This document shows positions 38,028-47,265 of a stretch of 64,000 nt of DNA, piece after piece. Below the pieces are notes generated by a model, which worked only from the letters and a program-made list of their open reading frames with translations, did not search any database and was not told the DNA's origin. The position numbers were made by a program, and so were the translations under genes. Source of the DNA: an uncultured Candidatus Saccharibacteria bacterium (lineage in GTDB: Bacteria > Patescibacteriota > Minisyncoccia > Phycocordibacterales > UBA918); assembly GCA_964643955.1 (NCBI GenBank), contig CAZXUO010000001.1, forward strand, positions 171,828 through 235,827. Reading direction: 5' to 3'. Each line of letters starts with the position of its first letter. The first letter of the stretch is position 1.

Positions 38028-39815
38028 CTAGTTGGCGAATCGTCGGAGTGCGAAGCCTGCGCCAAGAATTGCGAGGAGTGCGAAGACTGATACAAGTGAT
38101 GTATCACCTGAAGTGCCTCCTGCACCCGCATTTGGTGCGCCAATCGGCATAATTTCCGTCTGCACGCCGAGAACCTGCGGTACTGGCTCGTCATCGTCAG
38201 AGCTTGAAGACGAGCGACGTGAACCTCCACCCCCACCTCCTCCGCCGCCACCTGAGTCATTGAGACCAAAGTGTGCAACGAGGTCAATATTTCCGCTCAT
38301 AACCACCGTACATGGCGTCGTATTGCCGATGCAGGTACCTGAGCCCGTTGTCCAGCTATTATCGAAGTTTGAGCCTTCGTTTGGAGTCACCACAAGCGTA
38401 ACTTCGGTTCCTTCTGGGTATGTTTCAGAGCAGTCATTCTCTTCATTTTCGCCCGTAAGACAGAAGATTGTCGTCGTCGCCACTTCGGTCTCATTACCCT
38501 CGATTTTTCCGTGACCATCGCCCGTTGTCGTAATCGTGAGTGTATAGCGACCATCACCGTCTCCATCACCGTCTCCATCTCCGTCGCCACCACCGTTTGT
38601 TGGCACCTCAGTACAGTCTACTTCGGTATTGCCGGTAAGTGTCATCTTGTAGAGGAGACCTGCTGGATTTGATTCAGTTGTCCCCCCTTCAAGCGCCCAG
38701 TTTTTCACTTCGATTGAGAGCGTATTTTCGCCCATAATTATTTCGCCACCAAATCCAGTGTAATTGGTCGATGTTCCGAAGTTATCTTCAACGCCACTCG
38801 ATGCAATCTCTGTACCATTAAGCTTCACCGAGTATGAGTTGTCAGCTGCTATATCGAGCACAGAGGCTGTCACGGGACCGTTCCAATCGAAGGTTTTCGT
38901 AAATGTCTGAATCGTCTCGTTGACCGGATCGACAACGGGATCATCACCCCAGATCCATGATGCACCATCGATTACTGCGTCCCATGCATCGTGGATGAAT
39001 GAAACAAGTACTGCCGCAGCACCATCTTCAGTATTTGTCGTGTCACTCACGATCGTGACCGAACACATCTGTGGTTCTGGATCGGTGTCATCAGGCTGTG
39101 CAATGAGACAAAGTTCGACATGATCAAGCAATGTACCCGATGCATTTGATACACCCTGATCCTCAAACGCGATCTCAGTTGACAAGCCGTCAGCAACAAA
39201 CGTCTCCTCATAGAATGACCAATCTGTATCAGAATTACCGGTACCGTCTGCTGTTATTGAGTTTTTCTCAATACCATCTATAAATACACCGAGAATGTTT
39301 TCACTCTCATCCGTTCCGGGTAGTGGAGAAAAAAAGAATTTCAATGCATACGTACCACCCAAAATCGTAGGGACGTCTTGCATAATTCGAACCGATGGCT
39401 GCTCATTCGGACCGTCATCAATACCGGGACCACTCCAATCTGAATCAAGTTCAGTGTAGTAATCACCATGATATGCGCTCCACCAACCTGTATTCCCATT
39501 GTCGATCTCAATATTTGCGGTCTCCGGTGCGCCATCAACATCATGCACCCATCCTGCCTCCCACTCGACACCGTTAGTACCTGATGGTATTACCTCCCAC
39601 TCCTCAATCAAAATATCATCGTCATCAAATGTCTGATCTTCAAAAGAACCGTTTTTGATAAGATTCTCTCCATACACGAGACACTGTGTGCCTTCGGTCT
39701 CGTGCTGCACGCCGGCGTAAACCGGATTAGAGAAAGTACCAGAAAAGACCATCGCAGATACCAGTAAAAATACTCCTACCTTCCGGACTCCAGAGGAAAT
39801 CATAACCGTATTCAT
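38028..39815 (-). CDS. Multi-domain surface protein with putative sortase sorting signal
   Basis: Signal peptide; NGSFE DUF642/CBM-like domain; lectin-like domain; InlB B-repeat-like domain; PIGAPNAGAGG + TM + RR. Confidence 0.75.
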   Translation of the reverse strand: MNTVMISSGVRKVGVFLLVSAMVFSGTFSNPVYAGVQHETEGTQCLVYGENLIKNGSFEDQTFDDDDILIEEWEVIPSGTNGVEWEAGWVHDVDGAPETANIEIDNGNTGWWSAYHGDYYTELDSDWSGPGIDDGPNEQPSVRIMQDVPTILGGTYALKFFFSPLPGTDESENILGVFIDGIEKNSITADGTGNSDTDWSFYEETFVADGLSTEIAFEDQGVSNASGTLLDHVELCLIAQPDDTDPEPQMCSVTIVSDTTNTEDGAAAVLVSFIHDAWDAVIDGASWIWGDDPVVDPVNETIQTFTKTFDWNGPVTASVLDIAADNSYSVKLNGTEIASSGVEDNFGTSTNYTGFGGEIIMGENTLSIEVKNWALEGGTTESNPAGLLYKMTLTGNTEVDCTEVPTNGGGDGDGDGDGDGDGRYTLTITTTGDGHGKIEGNETEVATTTIFCLTGENEENDCSETYPEGTEVTLVVTPNEGSNFDNSWTTGSGTCIGNTTPCTVVMSGNIDLVAHFGLNDSGGGGGGGGGGSRRSSSSSDDDEPVPQVLGVQTEIMPIGAPNAGAGGTSGDTSLVSVFALLAILGAGFALRRFAN

Positions 39816-39891
39816 ACAGAAATATTATAAGTGGTTAACCCAAACGTGACGCCGTTCTAGCATATTTTGGGTTAACCCGCAACACCAAGGA

Positions 39892-41292
39892 TCAGATGTC
39901 GAAAAGACGCTCGACCAAACCGCGATTTGAAAGCGACACGAGGTATACAGTATCAGGATCAACAAAAATACCCGCTAGACCCATGTATTGCCAGCGATAC
40001 GAATCTTGGATGGTACGACGCATGGTAATTGAACTACGGGTAAGGTCGTAGACAATCAGGCCAGTTGGCGCCGTCGCTTGTACGACCGTTGAGCCACGTA
40101 CAACTGAGTCTGATTCCCGCACAATAGAGGGAAGATCAGTACGCGCTACGATGGTGCTTCCCGAATTATTTATTACATACCCGAAACCACCACCTGCTGC
40201 GTATGATCCCTGCACAAAAAATGCATCGATACCAGGGACGTACGCGACGTTATAAGTGTAATACTTCACTCCCGAAGTAATCTTTGTTGGAGCTTTTGTA
40301 AGCATACCGGTTGCAGGATCAAGTGCTGCAACATAGAGATCAACTGCAGTCGACCCAGGGACGAATCGTTGCCAGACAAGTAGGGCAGTTTGAGGTGATC
40401 CTGCAACAACAGGCCACCAATCACGTTCGTTACCAACAGAAACATTCACGGTGCGCTCAAGAGAACCATCGTTCTTTATGATTGCCGCATAGACGTCGTC
40501 TCCTGAACCGAGCCCATCGACACCTCCACCATCTACCCATCCTTCAGAGAAAAATACGACAAATTTATTACCGACTGCAGAGACGTGCCCCGAATGACCT
40601 CCCTCCATTACTGTTTGCGGGTATGATTTACGTACTCCAAGTTCCGAATCAAAAACCGCGTATCGTTGAGAAACTTCATACGAAGTATCCCACCCATCTT
40701 CGGTTGTAACGAGAATATTCCCATTTTGTGCAATGGCTGCGCTTGCTGGCTCCTGTGCTTCAGGCTTTGAGATGAGTGTTTGGGGAATAATTACTGGAGC
40801 ACGAGGATCAATAATGGACGCGTATATATCGTGAGTCCAATTCCAATCCTGTTTCGGATCTGCTCCTTTCGGAGGATTCCCCGAACTCGACCAAATGAGA
40901 TAGTGAGTTCCATCTGATCGAGGAAGAAAAGAAATTCCATGCTGAAACTCTCGAAGATCATCAGATGAAGGAGCGTCTTTTGCATTGTTGTAATAAGAAC
41001 TATTGTTACTGAGCTTTACCGAGATATGTGAGCCTGCAGCATCGGGCATGACATTAGGCGCAGCTTCTTCGGTATCTGATGTTTCCGTCATAATAACTTC
41101 CGTAGGATTCTCTACATTTTCCTCGACCTCAGTTTCAATCTCGCTCTCTGGAAGAATCGGTACAACCACAGACAAATCTTCTGCCGTATCTACATACTCC
41201 TCTCCCGGTGCATTCAATCTCTCATAATATGCAAAGGCACCCACCAAAACAGTGGATGCCAATACAATGCCGAGTGCTGCTTTTCGTACCAT
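39892..41292 (-). CDS. Membrane-anchored extracellular protein, probable beta-propeller
   Basis: N-terminal TM, acidic linker, repeated beta-strand units (YLIWSS, LLVWQ). Confidence 0.6.
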   Translation of the reverse strand: MVRKAALGIVLASTVLVGAFAYYERLNAPGEEYVDTAEDLSVVVPILPESEIETEVEENVENPTEVIMTETSDTEEAAPNVMPDAAGSHISVKLSNNSSYYNNAKDAPSSDDLREFQHGISFLPRSDGTHYLIWSSSGNPPKGADPKQDWNWTHDIYASIIDPRAPVIIPQTLISKPEAQEPASAAIAQNGNILVTTEDGWDTSYEVSQRYAVFDSELGVRKSYPQTVMEGGHSGHVSAVGNKFVVFFSEGWVDGGGVDGLGSGDDVYAAIIKNDGSLERTVNVSVGNERDWWPVVAGSPQTALLVWQRFVPGSTAVDLYVAALDPATGMLTKAPTKITSGVKYYTYNVAYVPGIDAFFVQGSYAAGGGFGYVINNSGSTIVARTDLPSIVRESDSVVRGSTVVQATAPTGLIVYDLTRSSITMRRTIQDSYRWQYMGLAGIFVDPDTVYLVSLSNRGLVERLFDI

Positions 41293-41339
41293 GAGTACTT
41301 ACGATACCGCACCTGTAGGTATCGTCAACGGAGTAGGTC

Positions 41340-43271
41340 CTATTCAACAAACATTTCCACACCATCAATATACGCATGCCCAACTGAACCTGCAGTGAGG
41401 TACACCTGGAGGGAAGCCTGAGTGACTTCTGCAGATGTCGGAGTATACACGTACGATTCATCAATGGTGAAACTGGTGCCTGTCTGACCGAGCCATTTTC
41501 CAGAAATCCAGTTGTCGTCCATATCGTATTCATCCATGTAGAATCCGAGTTCTCCTGACGTAAGATCGTTTGCGTTCGTGACGAAACGGACACCGTAGCG
41601 CGTGTTGAAGTCAACATCAATCTTCTTGCCGAAGACATGCGTCGCAGCATCATTACCTGTCATTTTTAATGCTGCATCCGGAGTTGGATATGCACCATTG
41701 CGTCCCATATCTATTTCAGCAAAATCAGCGTCACTCACCATCCATGAATCAGAGAGTCCATCCTCAAAACTTCCGTTCTCTACCATATTTGACCCAAACT
41801 CAAGCATCTCCTTCACTGTCTTTGCCTTAATACCGCGTGCTTCAAAAGCCTCCATGAGTGTCTCGAGCTTCTCAGTCGTCCATACATACTCGTATAGATT
41901 CTCCTCAGGAACAGTCACCGCAAATTCATGGAAGACAAGGACGAGCCAATGATCATTCTCAACGGCCGCATCAATGTGTACTTCAATCTCTTCAACTGTC
42001 GTACTGGTATGTACAGGGACAACATGGAGAAGATACTTATTGAACGGCCATTTGTTGAGGGAAACATGATTGAACGTTCGGTGGGAGTTGAAATTCTTTA
42101 TGACTTCAGCGAGCACATTTATGTCATATGCCCCATATGGTGAAGCGAAATTTTCTCCCAAAAATCCGTGATCTTCAAGATCCTCAATACTTTGCTCAAG
42201 TTCCTGGGTCACCTCTTCGGGCGATAGTGTCGGCAATTCCGCATGGGTGACGGTATGTGCACCCATTTCGACGTCAATCATGTGGAGACTGTCGAGGTCT
42301 GCCCATGTCATATGCCCTTCGGTACCGATTTGGCCTGTTGGAACATAAAGTGTCGCCTTCTGCTTGAACTGCTGAAGAACCGGAGCTGCGTACAGATATT
42401 GCGAAATGACCGCATCGTCGAACGTCAATGTGACGCCACCCTTTACAAACGGATTCTCAACAGGATCTACGTCAGGCGTATTGTCGAACGTAAGTGTAAC
42501 AATAGACGTCGTTGCCACATTAAGCGCATGATCGATTGCTGAAGCGTAAATAGTGTACTCACCGTCCGCAAAGAAAGCGGTATCAAGCGAAACGCTTGAT
42601 GGAGACGTGGTAGCAGCATCCCCAAAAGTAACTCCACCGACGAAGAATTGAATCTCTTTAAGGCCGCTCGTCACCTGACCAAGTACCACTGGATCAGTCG
42701 AAGACGCTTCGAGCGAAATAACTCCCGAGACCGTAGCACTTACCGAAGGAGCGATAAGTGTAATGATAGGTGTGGTCGTATCAGCATCATCAGTAGGGAC
42801 AGGCTCTTCTTCACCGCCAGAGTCAGTTGTTGTGCCGGTATTAACCTCTTCATTTGAACTTGAGCCACCACCTCCACCCGAACGTCGGCGCGGCTTCTTT
42901 TCCCCGGTCGTATCATCAGAAGTATCACCCGCATCCGCTACTGTCGTTGTTCCTGCAACCGTAGGAACGGGAGAATTCGCAAAAAAATCAAAAGGTTCTT
43001 CAAAAAGTGGACCATTCAATAGCGTAGACGAAACGTCAGACGGATTTGAAGACTCTTGTTCTTCTTCCACATCTTCATCGTCTGTTTCTTCTGAAGCTGG
43101 ATCTACATCGTTAACATCTGAAAATTCAACTGAAGCAGTCTGATCATCCGACCTCTCGAACATACCTGCATTAAGAAACAGGAAACCTACAAAAAACAGT
43201 ATCGCGACAGAGAGTGCTCCTGCCGTATACCACAACTTCTTATTATCTTCTTTTTTAAAAATATTATTCAT
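41340..43271 (-). CDS. CE4 polysaccharide deacetylase with Ig-like and CBM-like domains
   Basis: TLTFDD, GAHTVTH.EL, FASPYG, LVLVFHE; N-terminal TM; C-terminal NGSFEDG. Confidence 0.9.
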   Translation of the reverse strand: MNNIFKKEDNKKLWYTAGALSVAILFFVGFLFLNAGMFERSDDQTASVEFSDVNDVDPASEETDDEDVEEEQESSNPSDVSSTLLNGPLFEEPFDFFANSPVPTVAGTTTVADAGDTSDDTTGEKKPRRRSGGGGGSSSNEEVNTGTTTDSGGEEEPVPTDDADTTTPIITLIAPSVSATVSGVISLEASSTDPVVLGQVTSGLKEIQFFVGGVTFGDAATTSPSSVSLDTAFFADGEYTIYASAIDHALNVATTSIVTLTFDNTPDVDPVENPFVKGGVTLTFDDAVISQYLYAAPVLQQFKQKATLYVPTGQIGTEGHMTWADLDSLHMIDVEMGAHTVTHAELPTLSPEEVTQELEQSIEDLEDHGFLGENFASPYGAYDINVLAEVIKNFNSHRTFNHVSLNKWPFNKYLLHVVPVHTSTTVEEIEVHIDAAVENDHWLVLVFHEFAVTVPEENLYEYVWTTEKLETLMEAFEARGIKAKTVKEMLEFGSNMVENGSFEDGLSDSWMVSDADFAEIDMGRNGAYPTPDAALKMTGNDAATHVFGKKIDVDFNTRYGVRFVTNANDLTSGELGFYMDEYDMDDNWISGKWLGQTGTSFTIDESYVYTPTSAEVTQASLQVYLTAGSVGHAYIDGVEMFVE

Positions 43272-43295
43272 AGCTTCTTTGTACACTTGGTAATG

Positions 43296-43538
43296 TTATT
43301 GATTTATCTGTAAACCCAGGTCGTGTATGCTCACCTGACGCAACGCACCCTTATATTTCCTGAGATTTATAAAAAATCTGATGAGCATGAGTACTGAGAG
43401 CCCAAACGAGATTATTGTAAAGATTAGAAATATCCGTGCCAAAATGATATTGCCGGAAGAGTTTAGCAAAAAAGCCGTCGCGACCGCGAGCGGCATCGAT
43501 GACAAAGTTGAGATCACTGTCCCTCCGTGCAGATTCAT
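43296..43538 (-). CDS. Small two-TM membrane protein
   Basis: 80 aa, two hydrophobic segments, located between the GT2 and the deacetylase. Confidence 0.55.
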   Translation of the reverse strand: MNLHGGTVISTLSSMPLAVATAFLLNSSGNIILARIFLIFTIISFGLSVLMLIRFFINLRKYKGALRQVSIHDLGLQINQ

Positions 43539-43607
43539 AGTCGTACCGAATTACTACACGACCTGTGTATCATGCTTTCTTGGCTTTGGCAAGTTTTAGA
43601 AAGTATT

Positions 43608-44846
43608 TTACCCACTTCGTGTGCCCCATCCTTTTGTATATCCCACTTTAAGGAACATCTTCCTAAGACCACGCATAAATGACGTATCCGGGATTGATAC
43701 GCTCACTACATTAAACAACCAAAATAGATATGACCCCAGTAACACAAGCGTTAATAAATTCGCATATATAAATTCCGGCACGAGTGATATTCGAAGCAAC
43801 CAATCTATACGATCCTTATCAGCATAAAACTTCATGAGCCAAAGCTGGAAACTATACCAAAGAATAACTTGAGCGAGTGAGAGCGCAATAATACATTGAA
43901 ATATCACATGTGACATCACCCCTCTTTCTGCAAACATATACGACACGATAATAAGAAAGAGTGTCCCCACAAACATGACATGCCCGATAATATCCTGGAT
44001 GATACCCGGTGCGAACTTCATCTCCGACACAACGGTTACACCTCCATAGACCCATCGTGTGCGTTGTCTCCATAGATGGGAAAATCTTGCAGGCACTTCA
44101 GTCCATGCGTATGCATGTGGCGCAAGGCGGACATGCCAACCGAGAGACTTAATACGAGAAGTAATCTCATAATCCTCGATAAGGTGCCCTTCTTTAAAGC
44201 CTCCGACCGCATAGAGCACGTCCGCACGAAATGCCGTAAGCATACCGTGCATAACGAGCGGACCATAAAAAAATCCTTCGTCGGCAAGGCGTGTTGCGTT
44301 AAAACCAAGGTATTCAAGCCCCTGAAGGCGGGTCAAGAAATTAGCATTCTTATTGAGCACGCGACATTGCGAACATGCTGCGCCGATACGCTCATCGGAA
44401 AGCACGCCATGTACGAGTGCCTTCACTGTGTTTCTATCGACAACGACATCATCATCGAGTGTAAGAATAATATCGGGACGCACGCCGGCATCTCGCATAG
44501 AAAAAAGTGCATAATTTATTGCACCTGCCTTCATCTTATTAACAGGAGTCCGAAGCAATGTCACCCGATCCGACATCTTTGCTATTGAAGCAAAATAAGC
44601 GTACTCATGTTCATACGACTCTGGAGTACAGTCATCAACAACGTAAATGCACAATTCGTCGTTCCAACGAAGAAGGTCAGAAACGAGCTTTACAGTGAGT
44701 GGACCGGGCTTAAATGAAGGAATGATGGCGACAACAGCACAAGGATGTGATGTTGCTGACTGCACCTTGTTTTGAAATCGGTGAGGAACAACAAAACTCG
44801 CAATATGCTGCATTGACGAAATTGAGTTTTGTGAAAAATCACCCAT
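43608..44846 (-). CDS. Processive GT2 (IcaA/PgaC/NodC-like polysaccharide synthase)
   Basis: VVDD, KAGAIN, LDDD, LQGLEY, IED, RQRTRW, C-terminal TMs. Confidence 0.85.
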   Translation of the reverse strand: MGDFSQNSISSMQHIASFVVPHRFQNKVQSATSHPCAVVAIIPSFKPGPLTVKLVSDLLRWNDELCIYVVDDCTPESYEHEYAYFASIAKMSDRVTLLRTPVNKMKAGAINYALFSMRDAGVRPDIILTLDDDVVVDRNTVKALVHGVLSDERIGAACSQCRVLNKNANFLTRLQGLEYLGFNATRLADEGFFYGPLVMHGMLTAFRADVLYAVGGFKEGHLIEDYEITSRIKSLGWHVRLAPHAYAWTEVPARFSHLWRQRTRWVYGGVTVVSEMKFAPGIIQDIIGHVMFVGTLFLIIVSYMFAERGVMSHVIFQCIIALSLAQVILWYSFQLWLMKFYADKDRIDWLLRISLVPEFIYANLLTLVLLGSYLFWLFNVVSVSIPDTSFMRGLRKMFLKVGYTKGWGTRSG

Positions 44847-44984
44847 ATAAATATAGATAAAAGAAAGATTGGCTTCGACACGACGGTACAGATTTTTTTG
44901 TAAAAGTCAAGAGACGGTGTCGGAAAATACTGACAAATTGGCGCTCATACAAAGAGCGAAGGAGGTATGCTACTATCGAGAAAT

Positions 44985-47210
44985 ATGGACGAAAAAAATA
45001 CGCTGGCAACTCCGCCAATCCCCGAAGAATTCCTCAAACCGTACGATGCACGTGCGCTTGAAGATGCCACCTATGTTGCATGGGAAGAGAGCGGGTACTT
45101 CAACCCTGATATTTGTATTGAAAAAGGCGTGACAAAGCCCGACGCCGAGCCATTTGCGATTGTCCTCCCTCCTCCAAATGTCACTGGAATCCTCCACATG
45201 GGACATGCAGCGATGCTCGCGGTCGAAGATATTTTCATCCGTTTCGCGCGCATGCAGGGTAAGCGCACGCTCTGGATTCCTGGTACCGACTCCGCGGCAA
45301 TCGCTACCCAGTCGAAAGTTGAAAGCATCATATATAAAGAGGAAAACAAGACCCGCTACGATTACGGTCGCGAGGAATTTCTCAAGAAAGTAAATGCTTT
45401 TGCGCTCGAAAGCCAGAGTATGATCTTGAGCCAGCTCCGCAAGATGGGCTCATCGCTTGATTGGTCGCGCCTCGCGTACACACTTGACGACACCCGCTAC
45501 AAAGCGGTAATGGAGGCGTTTGTTCGAATGTACAACGCCGGGCTCATCTACCGCGGCATGCGCATCGTCAACTGGGATCCAAAAATGCAAACGACCGTCT
45601 CTGACGATGAGGTTGATCATGAGGAAGTCACTGAGTCCCTCTACTATCTAAAATACGGACCATTTACGATCGCGACCGCGCGACCTGAAACAAAGTTTGG
45701 AGACAAGTATGTCGTGATGCACCCAGAGGACGAGCGCTATAACGCATGGGAGCATGGCCAAAAAATAGAACTCGAGTGGATTAACGGCCCCATTACCGCA
45801 ACCGTCATAAAAGACGCGGCGATTGATATGGAATTTGGTACGGGCGTCATGACGATCACCCCTTGGCACGACCTCGCTGACTTTGAAATTGCTGAACGTC
45901 ACAAACTTGAAAAAGAGCAGGTGATCGACTACAACGGCAAGCTGCTTCCCATTGCAGGAGAAGAATTTGCAGGGCTCCACATCAAGAAAGCGCGGCCACT
46001 CATTGTCGAAAAGCTCAAGGAAAAAGGCCTCGTTGAGAAAATCGATGAGAAATACACGCACAACGTAGCGACCAACAGTCGCGGCGGTGGCATGATCGAA
46101 CCACAAATCAAAATGCAGTGGTTTGTTGCGGTTGATAAAGAGTTCACTATTCCCCATTCTGAAATCGCAGGAATCGAGAGTGGTTCGATGACCACACTCA
46201 AGCGCCTCATGCGCGCTGCAGTAGAAGGGGGACAAGTAAAAATCACGCCGGACAATTTTGAAAAAATCTACTATCACTGGATAGAAAACCTGCACGACTG
46301 GTGCATCTCACGCCAGATTTGGTTTGGACACCGCATCCCGGTGTGGTATCGCGGTGATGAGATCTTCTGCGGAACAGGAGCGCCCGATGGCGACGGATGG
46401 GAGCAAGACTCCGACACGCTCGATACGTGGTTCTCCTCTGGTCTTTGGACATTCTCGACACTCGGCTGGCCAGAAAAAACACTTGATCTTGAGACCTATC
46501 ACCCGACCGCGATCCTTGAGACCGGCCACGATATTCTTTTCTTCTGGGTTGCACGCATGGTCCTTATGTCGGGCTTTCACCTTGGTACCGTACCGTTTAA
46601 AGATGTGTACCTCCACGGCATGGTGCGCGACGGACAAGGACGCAAGATGTCGAAATCCCTCGGTAACATCATCGACCCTGTCGATATGATCACAAAGTAT
46701 GGCGCTGACGCGACCCGCCTCTCGCTCATTATTGGCGCGACGCCCGGCACGGACATCAAACTTTCTGAAGACAAAGTCCGCGGCTACAAACATTTTGCAA
46801 ACAAGCTCTGGAATATCACACGCTTTGTTCTCACCAATACCGCCGGTGCCTCACTTCAAAAACCTGCGGCACTTCCGGCACGCGATGAAGAAATACTTGC
46901 GACACTTGGCGCAACAGTTGCTGAAATCACTAAAGACATCGAGGAATATCGCCTCTACATGGCAGGAGAAAAAGCGTATCACTATGTCTGGCACGAATTT
47001 GCCGACATCATCCTCGAAGAATCAAAGGCGATCCTTCAGAGCGAAGATGCAAATGCAAAAGCTGCGCGCCAGTATGTGCTCTACACATGTCTTACCACCT
47101 CACTCAAACTCCTCCACCCTTTCATGCCGTTTGTGACCGAAGCAATCTGGCAACGACTTCCCAAAAAAGACGCCGACATGCTCATTGTTGCGCCGTGGCC
47201 AAAAGCCTAG
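44985..47210 (+). CDS. valS: Valine--tRNA ligase
   Basis: PPPNVTG.LHMGH, DWCISRQIWFGH, DTWFSS, KMSKSLGN. Confidence 0.97.
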   Translation: MDEKNTLATPPIPEEFLKPYDARALEDATYVAWEESGYFNPDICIEKGVTKPDAEPFAIVLPPPNVTGILHMGHAAMLAVEDIFIRFARMQGKRTLWIPGTDSAAIATQSKVESIIYKEENKTRYDYGREEFLKKVNAFALESQSMILSQLRKMGSSLDWSRLAYTLDDTRYKAVMEAFVRMYNAGLIYRGMRIVNWDPKMQTTVSDDEVDHEEVTESLYYLKYGPFTIATARPETKFGDKYVVMHPEDERYNAWEHGQKIELEWINGPITATVIKDAAIDMEFGTGVMTITPWHDLADFEIAERHKLEKEQVIDYNGKLLPIAGEEFAGLHIKKARPLIVEKLKEKGLVEKIDEKYTHNVATNSRGGGMIEPQIKMQWFVAVDKEFTIPHSEIAGIESGSMTTLKRLMRAAVEGGQVKITPDNFEKIYYHWIENLHDWCISRQIWFGHRIPVWYRGDEIFCGTGAPDGDGWEQDSDTLDTWFSSGLWTFSTLGWPEKTLDLETYHPTAILETGHDILFFWVARMVLMSGFHLGTVPFKDVYLHGMVRDGQGRKMSKSLGNIIDPVDMITKYGADATRLSLIIGATPGTDIKLSEDKVRGYKHFANKLWNITRFVLTNTAGASLQKPAALPARDEEILATLGATVAEITKDIEEYRLYMAGEKAYHYVWHEFADIILEESKAILQSEDANAKAARQYVLYTCLTTSLKLLHPFMPFVTEAIWQRLPKKDADMLIVAPWPKA

Positions 47211-47265
47211 GGATATCCTCCATTGATCCATATCCCGCACAAACCCTCTGCTACAATACTAGTGC

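Noticed and set aside
31975-38592. Short tandem repeats CCATCACCGTCT/CCGTCACCATC as a possible CRISPR or VNTR
   Set aside because: They encode Gly-Asp linkers with synonymous variation; no spacers and no cas genes
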